Program-made: the position numbers and the translations under genes | Shown: piece after piece, positions 39,226-52,576 of the stretch | Numbering within the stretch: position 1 is the first letter of the stretch | How the letters are laid out: each line of letters opens with the position of its first letter | Notes under the pieces: generated by a model | Databases searched by the model: none | What the model saw: the letters and a program-made list of their open reading frames with translations, nothing else | Told to the model about the DNA's origin: nothing | Source of the DNA: Eledone cirrhosa | Taxonomy: Eukaryota | Direction of reading: 5' to 3' | Length of the DNA: 64,000 bases | Assembly: GCA_964016885.1 (NCBI GenBank) | Contig: OZ024740.1 | Coordinates: 387,190,001-387,254,000, forward strand

Positions 39226-40139
39226 TTATTGAATGAGATACATATACCCGGCGCTAGTCTATGATGCAATTGAAATTAGTTCCCCAAACCAACCAAAAAC
39301 TTGACAATATGAAGCGATTGAAATCCATTATTCTACAGTGTCCACTTACATCTAGTTGAACCTTTAAGTCTAAATGCTTTAGCTAATGATGTGTAGGAAT
39401 TAAATAAAGACGCAATAAAAACGATGATAATAGCATGAAGATATAAGAACTAATGTCTCCTCATCTGGATATTCGGTATTATTCAACTCTGCAATCTGCT
39501 GTTCTCTTAGTTAAGGAGAAAATAGACAATCACTGCAATAGCAATTTAAATCTTTATTAGGAGTCAATCATTAATTGGCATCTAATTGGAATCTTGAAGT
39601 CCTCGCTTGTGTTTTTATCATTGCTAAACTACAGACACCAATTCCAGGTGCTAATTTCTCGCATAATTTCGGCCTGTTAGTTGTAAGTCGATGTTAAGCA
39701 CAACAGACTGATAGTCATCACAGGTTTTTATGTGTGCGGTGTCAGCATTAAGGAACCTTCTTTTGTCAGTCCTGTTTTCTTAATTCTTTCTTATTCAAGC
39801 AGGTAGACTCTGTGTTTTGCAAATACTCCGACATCACCCGTCCCGTGTTTAACAATCTAGCCGTGACCCACAGTGTTACGCATCGTATCGGGGCCGATGA
39901 TCCACCGGTTCTTTTCAAACCGCGTCGATAAATGTCATTTAGAATGGTGTTAATGTACTTGAAGTGGAGAGGGTAAGACATGCAGAACTGAAAAAAAAAT
40001 GCAGAAGAATGAGACCAACAGTAATAATGATGAATCTTATCTAGCGTTGGTTTTCAAATGCTCTGTGTACCCCAAGGTGCGCTTTCAAAAGTTGGCTTTA
40101 AGTCACACCAACGAGTACATGATGGTAAAGTCTAAAGTC

Positions 40140-40391
40140 CAAGTTGACTATTCAAACTTCGTTGCAGAGAATCAGTTCCAGTGCCATATTTCTCAGAAAA
40201 TTTGCAAATCAGGAGGTGGATTGAAGAGACATTAAACATACACAATAAGCAAACCCAAAGTGAGAATAAGAACGAAATGAGACATCATTGTATTATTTGT
40301 GGATGGGTCTTTTATGGACGTTCAGGACTCAAAAGCCATTTGAGATCTAATGCGAAGAAGGAACGGACATAGAGTGCAAGAAGTGGTCAAT

Positions 40392-40395
<4 letters not shown>
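40140..40395 (+). mobile_element. RTE-type LINE 3' end with two decayed C2H2 fingers
   Basis: FQCHISQKICKSGGGLKRH and HCIICGWVFYGRSGLKSHLRS, then a stop and a GTGGTC.. 3' UTR remnant. Confidence 0.55.
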
Positions 40396-40476
<81 letters not shown>

Positions 40477-40489
40477 CATGATGACTTCC

Positions 40490-41240
40490 CCCTCGTTATC
40501 GAGTATGGCCATTGCACGATATAACATTATTAATAATTATCAATTAATGTTATCGTGCAATGCCTGTGCGTGAAGATTTTTTTTAAAGTGAGGAAAACTG
40601 TACACTGAACCAATCCCACTCTCTGAGTGACAGTAGCTATAACCTGAAAAGAAGAAAAGATCAATATCATCGGTAACTACTGAGCCGCAATTTTTATGTC
40701 GGAGTTATCCCAGTTTGCTGAGTTGCCTTCTCCTAGAAGAATACCCTGACAAAGGCTAGGGGTCCTTTACTCCCAGTGGTTTAACCGCGCGACCGGGTAT
40801 CCAGCCCGATTATTTCTTTGTCTCCGCGCATATATATACACATGCATACATGTATATATACATATATATACACATGCATACATGTATATACATATATATA
40901 TATATGGATACAAAATAACCATCCTGGTCCCTTACGATTTGAACACATATGTCTATATATCTGTGTTTATTTCTCTTTTATATTCAATTATATGGATACA
41001 TACACTTGCATACACATATATATATATATATATACACATTTTTGGATGGCTGTTGACTCTTATGAGTTCTTCCGCCTTTTGTCAGGTTTTGTTTTTTTGT
41101 CCTGCATGGTGTCGAAAATCACCCCCCCCCCCCTCTCACCAAGTAAACTTGGTGGGGTTGCCGGTTTAGTCACCGACGACCCGATTATGTGATAGGTTGT
41201 ACTGTGTTACATGTTACCAGTAGCACTCATGAGTGACCCA
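40490..41240 (-). mobile_element. Diverged sister family of the bipartite RTE-derived element, interrupted by a TA-rich insert (~40830-41040)
   Basis: Shares ACATGTTACCAGTAGCAC, CTTGGTGGGGTTGCC, TTTTGGATGGC.GTTGACTCTTA and GCAATGCCTGTGC. 3' hairpin GGCCATACTCGATAACGAG plus (TATG)n; the zinc-finger segment is absent. Confidence 0.7.
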
Positions 41241-41522
41241 TATACATACATACATTCATACATACATACAAACATATACATTTATATTTATATATATATA
41301 TATACATATACATAAATATAAGTATGTATACGTACATACATATATGTATAGAGACGTACAGTAGTATGTATATATATACATACATGCACACATATATATA
41401 TGTACGTATGGATTCACCGAACATTTATTATAATGCTCGGTGTGTTTGTAAACAAACATCCAGAATTAAGCCGTAGTGTCCAGCAACCATCGTTGCTCAT
41501 TTGTTCAACACTGACAAAGGAA

Positions 41523-41563
41523 CGCTGTACTAGTTTCAAGCTTATTAGCTATCGTCAGCAACG
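41523..41563 (-). ncRNA. Minimal type I hammerhead ribozyme, apparently intact
   Basis: CGTTG-CTGACGA-T-AGCT(AATA)AGCT-T-GAAA-CTAG-TA^CAGCG, with stem I CGTTG/CAGCG and palindromic stem III ACTAGT. Confidence 0.8.
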
Positions 41564-41942
41564 TATACCTTCCTGCCATATGGTTGAACGTTTTGAAAGT
41601 ATATACTTTCCTTGTGCATATTAACGGTTCAGTAGCCTAATTTGCATATCGAGTGAGTTAATTGGCCGGGGTACCGAAAACGATAAACGGAAAAAATGAA
41701 ACGAAATTTCATTTCTCACTCTTAGTACGGCTGTTACTTAAATATAAGTATGTATACGTACATACATATATGTATAGTAGTATGTATATATATATACATA
41801 CATGCACACATATATATATGTACGTATGGATTCACCGAACATTTATTATGATGCTCGGTGTGTTTGTAAACAAACATCCCGAATTAAGCCGTACAGTGTA
41901 TAGCAACCATCGTTGCTCATTTGTTCAACACTGACAAAGGAA

Positions 41943-41983
41943 CGCTGTACTAGTTTCAAGCTTATTAGCTATCGTCAGCAACG
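41943..41983 (-). ncRNA. Minimal type I hammerhead ribozyme, second identical copy
   Basis: Same sequence as 41523-41563. Confidence 0.8.
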
Positions 41984-42718
41984 TATACCTTCCTGTCAGA
42001 TGGTTGAACGTCTGAAAGTATATACTTTCCTTATGCATATTAACGGCTGAGTAGCCTAATTTGCATATCGAGTGGGTTTATCGGCTGGGGTACCGAAAAC
42101 GATAAACGGAAAAAATGAAACGAAATTTCATTTCTCACTCTTAGTACGGCTTTTACTTAAATATAAGTATGTATACGTACATACATATATGTATACAGAC
42201 GTACACAGACGTACAGTATGTATATATATATACATACATACACACATATATATATGTACGTATGGATTCACCGAACATTTCTTATAATGCTCGGTGTGTT
42301 TGTAAACAAACATCCTGTTTATCGTTTTCGGTACCCCGGCCGATTAACTCAGTACAGCGTTCCTTTGTCAGTGTTGAACAAATGAGCAAAGGTGGTTGCT
42401 AGACACTACGGCTTAATTCGGGATGTTTGTTTACAAAAACACCGAGCATTATAATAAATGTTCGGTGAATCCATACGTACATATATATATATGTGTGCAT
42501 GTATGTATATATATATACATACTACTGTACGTCTGTATACATATATGTATGTACGTATACATACTTATATTTAAGTAACAGCCGTACTATGAGTGAGAAA
42601 TGAAATTTCGTTTCATTTTTTCCGTTTACATATACATACATATATATATACATGCATACATATACATACATACATATATACATACATATATATATATATA
42701 TATGTATATATATGTATA

Positions 42719-42818
<100 letters not shown>

Positions 42819-42838
42819 TATATATATATATATATATA

Positions 42839-42903
<65 letters not shown>

Positions 42904-42921
42904 ATATATATATATATATAT

Positions 42922-43661
<740 letters not shown>

Positions 43662-43940
43662 TATAAACACGCATGATTTTAAGTATTGTCGTGCGTTACG
43701 ATATAACGATACCATTTTAGGCGACAATCATAAAATTAAATGTTCAATGATTCGTATTTTTATTGAAGTTACGAAGGAAACGAAAAATAAATCAGACAAA
43801 AATTCGATATCAGAGGTGTACAATTTATAACATTTTAATTTACATTAAATGACATAATCTTATTTCATCATAAAATGTTATAAAGTTAAACGAAACGGTA
43901 TTGAGCGAGCACTGCTCCCGCCCCCTCTCTCTCTCTCTCT

Positions 43941-44015
<75 letters not shown>

Positions 44016-44490
44016 TCTTTAAGCACTTTTACAGTATATATTTGGGGTCGGTGTTCGAAAATAAATAGAAATATCTGAATATATTTGACTGTTTTCTGTG
44101 GTTTAAAAATTAATATTTATAGCATTCCTATTACTACGAATGACAAACTGGTTTTCCATTAGAGTAGATCAGCATAGATCAGTAAATGGTGTATTATAAG
44201 CTCTGTCTGGAACATAAAAGCCATGAATTACCTTCAATGACAAACCGGATATGGTGGAAATCTAGCGGGAAGTTTGAATTCCAAACTGCGGAAGACGGTC
44301 AATCTAGTTTAGAACATTGCCTGCAGGTTTACTGAAGACAAACTTTTAACTGTGTTCATTTATTGCGGACTTGGTATTGAACTGTGCAGCATAAAATTTA
44401 CTCTGGGCATTGTAATATGACCTTGACTCGAGGTGGGGTTGGGGGCGGGTCTTTCTTACGTATATGAACATTTAGTATTCAATAAATAAT

Positions 44491-44705
44491 GGTTTCTGAT
44501 TTAGGCACAAGGCCAACCATTTTGGGGAGGGGATAGTCGATCAAATCGACCCCAGTGCATTACTGGTACTTTATTTTATTGACACCGTAAGGATGAAAGG
44601 CAAAGCTAACCTCGGTGGGATGTGAACTCAGAGCATAAAGGGCCATAACTCTATGCTGCAAAACAAATTATCTGACGCTCTACCCACACTGCCAATCCAC
44701 CGCCC
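44491..44705 (-). mobile_element. Full-length SINE family 1 copy with ~18 bp TSD
   Basis: TAGTATTCAATAAATAAT occurs on both sides; the tRNA-like head and core are complete. Confidence 0.85.
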
Positions 44706-45227
44706 TAGTATTCAATAAATAATAATCCAACAAATCACAATTTGTTGTAACTAAATCTATGATTGGTGATCCTGACTGTCGAACACGTTGTCTGATTAAC
44801 AAAGAAAACAACAACAACCTTTCTTTCGAATAAGGAAACTGACTTTCTTCAAAAACAACAGAAATGTGTTTCAAAACTCAACCTTTACCTACACACTATT
44901 GGTGCCATTGATCTTCGCTATAACAACAACAGCACGAATATTTTCGAGATCAAACTCTAGCAGCGACGCCAGAATCATTCAGCAAACCAAAATGCGCAAA
45001 CACACAGAAGAAAATGAAAACGAAGTAAAAGTATAAACAAATTGAACTGTAATTGTTTGGAACAGTTATTTATTATTATTGTTTTCCTTTCTAAAATGTT
45101 TAATACGGAAGTATACTGTAGCATTTATTTTTCGGAATCTTGCCTCTTCATGCGCAATCATGTTTTACATGTTTGTTATTTCTATATTTGTTCACCAAAT
45201 TCATGCATGTCTTTATCTGTATAAATG

Positions 45228-45265
<38 letters not shown>

Positions 45266-45400
45266 TACACACACAGACACACACACTGCTCTGTATACAC
45301 ACACAGACACACATACACAGACAGACACAGACAGACACATACACACAGACACATAGACACAGACACACATACACGCACACACAAACATACACACACACGC

Positions 45401-45478
<78 letters not shown>

Positions 45479-45769
45479 TGCTTCAAACATGATTCAAGCA
45501 TTGTAATTGTATTTTCATACAAACACAAATATGTACGAAACTTGATTCATGAAGGGATATATCGCAAGATTTTTTTCATAAACTAGTTATAGTAACGTTA
45601 TAGCTATCGGCACTCAACCGCATAGACTCGCTTAGGCGTGCAACTCAACACGGAATAACATACAGACATGCTACATGCAATTGCATCCACTCACGCTATA
45701 ATTCAATTTCAATCTAGTTCTGAGTTTCCCGAATCACTGTGGAACGCCATTTTGGCTTAATATACGTTC

Positions 45770-46340
45770 AACGACTCATTACTCGGTATTCTCACAGCCA
45801 GTGACTTACTGCTCTGAATACTCTCAGACAGCGACTCACTGCTCTGTATACTCTCAGACAGAGACTCACTGCTCTGTATACTCTCAGACAGCGACTCACT
45901 GCTCTGTATACTTCCAGCCAGCGACTCAGTGCTCCATATACTTCCAGACAGCGACTCACTACTCCACATACTCATAGACAGCGACTCACTGCTCTGTATA
46001 CACACAGACAGCGACTCACTGCTCTGTATTCTCGTAGTCAGCGACTTACTGCTCTGTATACTCACAGCCAGTGACTCACTTCTCTGTATACTCACAGCCA
46101 GCGACTCACTGCTCTGTATACACACAGACAGCGACTCACTGCTCTGTATTCTCGTAGCCAGCGACTTACTACTCTGTATACACACAGACAATGACTCACT
46201 GCTCTGTATTCTCACAGACAGCGACTCTTTGCTCCATATTCTCACAGACAGCGACTCACTGCTCTGTATACTCACAGACGACTCAATGTCCTGTATACTC
46301 ACAGCCAGCGTCTCACTGCTCCGTATTCTCACAACCAGCC
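45770..46340. repeat. 30 bp minisatellite (CTCACAGACAGCGACTCACTGCTCTGTATA), about 19 units
   Basis: The 30 bp period is visible in register on successive lines. Confidence 0.95.
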
Positions 46341-46966
46341 AAGATCTATATCCCACTTATTTAAAACCATACATCTCTGTAACACAGAAACACAAGAAAT
46401 TACCCGCGCCTTCGTTACATACTGAGTCGTCTGTTTCTCATCAGACTGCGGACCTCAATTCAACCCAAAGCTGTGGAATGACATGTGTGAACTGTTTGGC
46501 ATCAACATGAAATACACAACAGCTTATCACCACTAGGCCAAGGTTTGGTGGAGCAATTTCACCGCTGCTTTAAATAGTCTTTTATCACTAGACGTAACGG
46601 ACTCAACTGGATCAATCGGCTGCTATGGGCGATGCTGGGTATCTGCATTGCCTTAACACCTCATCGGCAGAAATGGTACTCCGCTTACTGTACCTGGTGA
46701 ATTTATTCCAAACACGAAATCTAACCCTGTTGCCAGTGGCGGACTGGGTCTAAAAATATTGGTTGCCAGGAGATGACGGGGGCCCACCTACATATAGAAT
46801 GCTATCATTTAATTTTTATAAAGAATAAATAACATTTTTGAAAAATACACAAGTAGAAACAAAACAGTGCAATCAAATATCTTACCTTCTCCAATAAAAA
46901 ATATTATATATTTTGCGAAATCCAGAGACTTTCAATAATGACCTTTGGTCCTTCACACTCACTCAT

Positions 46967-46989
<23 letters not shown>

Positions 46990-46997
<8 letters not shown>

Positions 46998-47250
46998 ATA
47001 TAGTGTATTTTGCAATACACTGTATGCTTAATTAAAAGCATTTGAAGACCTTACGCTATTGTTTTAGAGTAGTGACAGTCTCACTTACTTTAAATTTTCG
47101 CTGAAAATTTAAAGTAAGTGAGACTGTCACTACTCTAAAACAATAGCGTAAGGTCTTCAAAATGCTTTTAATTAAGCATACAGTGTATTGCAAAATACAC
47201 TATATATACATTCATATATATATCGCTATTTCAGATCACCAATTCTAATA
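46990..47250. mobile_element. Fold-back element in (TA)n, same family as 38274-38669, truncated just before the ribozyme
   Basis: Near-perfect palindrome centred at ~47100 plus tail ATCGCTATTTCAGATCACCAATTCTAA, homologous (reverse complement) to 38276-38305. Confidence 0.85.
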
Positions 47251-47504
47251 TATATATATATATATATATATAATATAAAATCAAAAGATGGTTAAAAGAG
47301 TTCCATGTATTTTATTATGCGCATTTCAAAAACAAATATCATCATGGGATGATATTTGTGTGTATATATATATATATATATACACCACCTTCATGACTAA
47401 TTGATTTGACACATGTCTTTGACCCATTAATACCAAATATTATTTGGTCAGTAGTTCGTGTGTAAGTATGTATAAATATATATATGTATATATATATATA
47501 TATA

Positions 47505-47721
47505 ACGAAGGAAATGTGGTAAGGAACCAGATGGACCATAACGCACCAAAGTACTCAATACTTAGGGTAGTAGAGTGGGTAATAGGAACAAGTAGGACCC
47601 CGACGGCTGAGCTCAAGCCGTTTCGACGGCTAATTCTGGACTAATTCCGGACTAATTCTGGACTAATTCCAGAATTAGCCGTCGAAGCGGCTTGAGCTCA
47701 GCCGTCGGGGTCCTACTTGTT

Positions 47722-47726
<5 letters not shown>
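47505..47726. mobile_element. Fold-back element in (TA)n with hammerhead 3' half
   Basis: Arms 47582-47640 and 47668-47726. Minus strand reads GAAA-CGGCT(TGAGCTC)AGCCG-TC^GGGGTC. Homologous to 32826-32999. Confidence 0.8.
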
Positions 47727-47756
<30 letters not shown>

Positions 47757-47764
<8 letters not shown>

Positions 47765-48840
47765 GACGTAAATAAGAAAGTTATGAAACTTGACTTACTT
47801 ACTGAAATTTCACTCCAACTAATTAGTTTCTGTAAGGGGATAAATATGGTTACGGAGTGTACCCATAGAGAAGCCTTACGTCATCAGGTAGTCTATTCTC
47901 AGCTAAGCTTCCAGGCAATGCGGGGACACTGGGAACTTATATAAAAATAATTCAGTGGATGGAAAAAAGCGAGCGGGGCTAGATTCCAAGACATTGAAAA
48001 ATTCACTGCCTACTTGGTCAAGCGGCAAATTCAAAAGAATCAATCACGTGACACTGAGGTTAATCAGCTAGGAGTGGGGGTGCTATTAAGACAGAGCCTA
48101 GCCACTACTATTAATCACAGTAGTAATTTCGGCAAATTTTTCTCAACAAATAATTTGGAGATAATTATAAAGAATTAATATATCTACCGACATATGTATA
48201 CAGATGCATACCTATGCTAGCAAATATATATGTTTTGTCTTAGTAACTTTGTGGTTCTATGCAAGGGGATGCAGAACAATTATATGAAAGACGTAAATAA
48301 GAAAGTTATGAAAATTGACTTACTTACTGAAATTTCACTCCAACTAAATAGTTTCTGTAAGGGGATAAATATGGTTACGGAGTGTACCCATAGAGAAGCC
48401 TTACGTCATCAGGGAGTCTATTCAGGGAGTCTATTTGCCTATTCAGGGAGTCTATTTGCCGCTTGACCAAGTAGGCAGTGAATTTTTCAATGTCTTGGAA
48501 TCTAGCCCCGCTCGCTTTTTTCCATCCACTGAATTATTTTTATATAAGTTCCCAGTGTCCCCGCATTGCCTGGAAGCTTAGCTGAGAATAGACTCCCTGA
48601 TGACGTAAGGCTTCTCTATGGGTACACTCCGTAACCATATTTACCCCCTTACAGAAACTAATTAGTTGGAGTGAAATTTCAGTAAGTAAGTCAATTTTCA
48701 TAACTTTCTTATTTACGTCTTTCATATAATTGTTCTGCATCCCCTTGCATAGAACCACAAAGTTACTAAGACAAAACATATATATTTGCTAGCATAGGTA
48801 TGCATCTGTATACATATGTCGGTAGATATATTAATTCTTT
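47757..48840. mobile_element. Tandem 525 bp hammerhead-bearing repeat (~1.3 units minus) plus inverted partial unit
   Basis: Hammerheads on minus at 47812-47892 and 48337-48417 give a period of 525. Strand switch at ~48420-48455; flanked by (TA)n. Confidence 0.85.
48592..48672 (+). ncRNA. Type I hammerhead ribozyme with extended stem II, apparently intact
   Basis: ACTCC-CTGATGA-C-GTAAGG...CCTTAC-A-GAAA-CTAATTAG-TT^GGAGT, with palindromic stem III ACTAATTAGT. Confidence 0.78.
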
Positions 48841-50296
48841 ATATATATATATATGCTTATGTGTCTGTGTCTATATATGTATGTTTGCATGCATGAATGA
48901 ATACACTAAGCTTTAGATTTAGTAGAATGTACAACCACTGATTCCAACTATTTGCACTATCGTATATTTTGGTTTCTAGTAATTTCCTGGGGAATTGGTT
49001 GACCAAATGCTTTACTTAATATTTTTATTTATTTTTAAAAAGTTGTTATTCTTTCTCTTAGATTTCTGCAAAGTATTGGCCCCTAAAATACTACAGTGGG
49101 CCCTGCAATGCTACTGCGGACTCTTGCAATGATACTGTGGGCCCCCTGGGCCCACTGCCATTAGGCAACCTGGCAACCTGGCCAGTCCGCCAGTGCCTGT
49201 TGCTAAAATGTATCTTGAACAGCTGAGAGACAACGTAGGCAAGTCACAACCCCCGACGATGAATAGTCGCCAATGAACCAATTAACTACATACATGCATT
49301 TTTTTTTACGTCTGTCAATGTTTATCATTCAATAAATAATAATCCAACAAATCAGTTTGTTGTCAATCTTATTATGTATATAGTTTATCTAAAGGTATAC
49401 TAGTCTATTAAAGACCATAAAAGTACATGCAATCACTTTAGCTTTTCTTTGGGTCTAGTTTATTATGTTGGTATTGTTTAACTCATATCATGCTGTAATG
49501 ATTTAGTTTATTATTAATTCAAATGTTTATAGTATCTTTACAAATGGACAGAATGTTATGAAAATGTACAGTATTATAGTAAAAACCTTACTGTTATGCT
49601 GTCATAGTACTGCTTTGTATTTTTCAAGAATATTTTGCTAATATAGTTTCATGTGTTAAAAGACATTAAGAGTTAACTCTAAATCAACCACGAGGAAACA
49701 GACCAATGATCAAAGATGTTGCACCTATAATCATCCAGTATTTAAAGCTCAAATGCTGGAGGTGTGGTTTGGGTAAAGTTTTTATAGCCATTTTTATCAG
49801 GTTTAGAATCACTGCATAGATGTTGTCTTACCGACTAACGAAAACAAAAATGTTACTACTTAATATGTATATTCTACGCGTGAATTATTAGGTAAGGCGT
49901 TAACCAGAAAACACGGACATATTGGAGGTAAATCGTTCAAACGTAGTATCTCGGTAGTCAGAAAAACCTTAGCTCAATAAGTTGGTCGAGTTTGATTTTA
50001 CGGCTATGATTTCAGTTTTTCGTTACATATTTTCAACTGTTTTTTTTTTCTTCTCTCCTTTCTTCTTTTTTTTTTACTTAGCCCAGCAACTCCACTGGGA
50101 GGTGCTAAAATGTCCGTATGGTCTGTCCACCTCTGTTCTTGGAGTGTGAACAATCTCCTGCAAAACTGGTAATAAGCCAAAGCTGAATCTAAAATCTAGG
50201 CCCTCAAAGCTGGTAATAGGTCCAGGCCAGATGTGAAACATAAGCCCCATTTCAAATTGATCATTAAGTATTTTTGAGTTAAATACATGTGATTTA

Positions 50297-51686
50297 CGTA
50301 TATACACATTTACATATAGTGTATTATATACACATTTACATATAGTGTATTATATATACATTTACATATAGTGTATTATATATACATTTACATATAGTGT
50401 ATTATATACAGATTTTTATAACGTGTATTATATACACATTTACATATAGTGTATTATATACACATTTACATATAGTGTATTATATATACATTTACATATA
50501 GTGTATTATATACAGATTTTTATAACGTGTATTATATACACATTTACATATAGTGTATTATATACACATTTACATATAGTGTATTATATATACATTTACA
50601 TATAGTGTATTATATATACATTTATATATAGTGTATTATATACAGATTTTTATAACGTGTATTATATACACATTTACATATAGTGTATTATATATACATT
50701 TACATATAGTGTATTATATATACATTTACATATAGTGTATTATATACACATTTACATATAGTGTATTATATACACATTTACATATAGTGTATTATATATA
50801 CATTTACATATAGTGTATTATATATATATTTACATATAGTGTATTATATATACATTTACATGTAGTGTATTATATACAGATTTTTATAACGTGTATTATA
50901 TACACATTTACATATAGTGTATTATATACACATTTACATACAGTGTATTATATACACATTTATATATAATGTATTATATACACATTTATATAACGTGTAT
51001 TATATACACATTCACATACAGTGTATTATATACACATTTATATATAGTGTATTATATACACATTTATATAACGTGTATTATATACACATTTACATACAGT
51101 GTATTATATACACATTTACATATAGTGTATTATATATACATTTACATATAGTGTATTATATACATTTACATACAGTGTATTATATACACATTTACATATA
51201 GTGTATTATATATACATTTACATACAGTGTATTATATACACATTTATATATAGTGTATTATATACATTTACATATAGTGTATTATATAGATTTACATATA
51301 GTGTATTATATACACATTTATATATAGTGTATTATATATACATTCATATATAGTGTATTATATACACATTTATATATAGTGTATTATATACACATTTACA
51401 TAGTGTATTATATATATACATTTATATATAGTGTATTATATACACATTTACATATAGTGTATTATATATATACATTTATATATAGTGTATTATATACTCA
51501 TTTATATATAGTGTATTATATATACACATTTATATATAGTGTATTATATATATACATTTATATATAGTGTATTATATATATACATTTATATATAGTGTAT
51601 TATATATATACATTTATATATAGTGTATTATATATATACATTTACATATAGTGTATTATATATATACATTTATATATAGTGTATTA
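50297..51686. repeat. ~26 bp AT-rich minisatellite (TATACACATTTACATATAGTGTATTA), ~1.4 kb
   Basis: Read directly; a variant unit with CAGATTTTTATAACGTG recurs. Confidence 0.95.
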
Positions 51687-51799
51687 ATCTATCGCTAAGA
51701 ATATTAGAATATTGTGTGTTTGTAAATCATGATGTCGTTTTAAATTGTTCAAATGAACGAAATCAAATAGTGAATTTCAAGATTTAGATAATTATAGCC

Positions 51800-52445
51800 C
51801 AGGTAAAGTTATAAAGTTAAAATGGCATGGTAAAAATGGGACATGTAAAAATGGGACAGGTAAAATGGGACAGGTAAAAATGGGACATGTAAAATGGGAC
51901 AGGTAAAAATGGGACAGGTAAAAATGAATCAGGTGGAAAATAGAAACATTGCACGGGTAAATATGGCACATGTCAAAATAATACAGGGGAAATGGCACAT
52001 TTGAAAGGGCATAGTTAATAATAGTACAGCTAAAAATGAGACAGGAAAACCGACATAGGTAAAAATGACACAGGTAAAAATGGATCAGGTGGAAAATAGA
52101 AACCACTGCACCGGTAAATATGGCACATTCAAAAGGGCAAAGGTAATAATGGCACGGTAAAAATGAGACAGGAAAACCAACAGGAAAACTAACACAGGTA
52201 AAATTAGCACAGGTGAAAAAATAGAAAAAAATAATGGCACGCCTAATTCAAATAGTTTATTAAAAATAAATATCAACTGAAAATCATGTACTAACTTTCG
52301 TCAGAGAGATTAATGGAATACACACTGTATACTAAATATTATTTTTGAACAATGTGAATATATGGTTTGCAGTTGATATCAATATTTTAATACACTATTT
52401 ATATTAGTTGTGCCATTTTCACCTGTGTTATTTTTAATGGTATTA
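51800..52445. repeat. 15-16 bp tandem repeats (GGTAAAAATGGGACA) with inverted copies near 52410-52440; possible foldback/MULE-like MITE
   Basis: Plus-strand array at 51820-52240 and reverse-complement units GTGCCATTTTCACCTGTG at the right. Confidence 0.5.
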
Positions 52446-52576
52446 TAAACTTCAAGATCTCACAGTACATCGTAGTAAGTAATCATTACTAACACATGGT
52501 AATAATCATGAAATAAGTTTCTAATGCATTTATACGAATTCTGGAGTAGCTGTGATGTGATGGCAGCTTAAAATAC

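Larger units (their letters stand above)
41313..42628. mobile_element. Tandem 420 bp hammerhead-bearing repeat (retrozyme / Penelope pLTR-like): ~2.4 units on minus, then an inverted partial unit
   Basis: Identical segments at 41521 and 41941 give a period of 420. Strand switch at ~42315; embedded in TA-rich repeats. Confidence 0.85.
46734..49195. mobile_element. hAT-type non-autonomous element expanded by internal (TA)n-associated insertions
   Basis: Perfect 8 bp TSD CCTGTTGC (46726-46733, 49196-49203). TIRs CAGTGGCGGACTGG / CCAGTCCGCCAGTG. Confidence 0.9.
44450..49365 (+). mobile_element. Degraded Ty3/Gypsy LTR retrotransposon hosting nested insertions
   Basis: Direct repeat ATTCAATAAATAATAATCCAACAAATCA (44710, 49327) as LTR remnant and PBS-like TGGTGATCCTGAC (44764). 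Integrase core SDCGPQF..LWNDMCELFGINMKYTTAYHH..LVEQFHR..LTVPGEFIP (46430-46710) resumes as YLEQLRDNVG after 49203. Confidence 0.7.

Noticed and set aside
39820-39930. Gypsy-like VTHSVTHRIGADDPPVLFKPRR snippet
   Set aside because: An isolated ~100 bp resemblance without further pol motifs; not annotated.
45770-46340. CRISPR-like 30 bp periodicity
   Set aside because: The units are contiguous with no unique spacers, there are no cas genes, and the context is eukaryotic.
50074-50290. Unique-looking 77 aa ORF
   Set aside because: No recognisable motif; it may be a transposon remnant but I cannot support a call.
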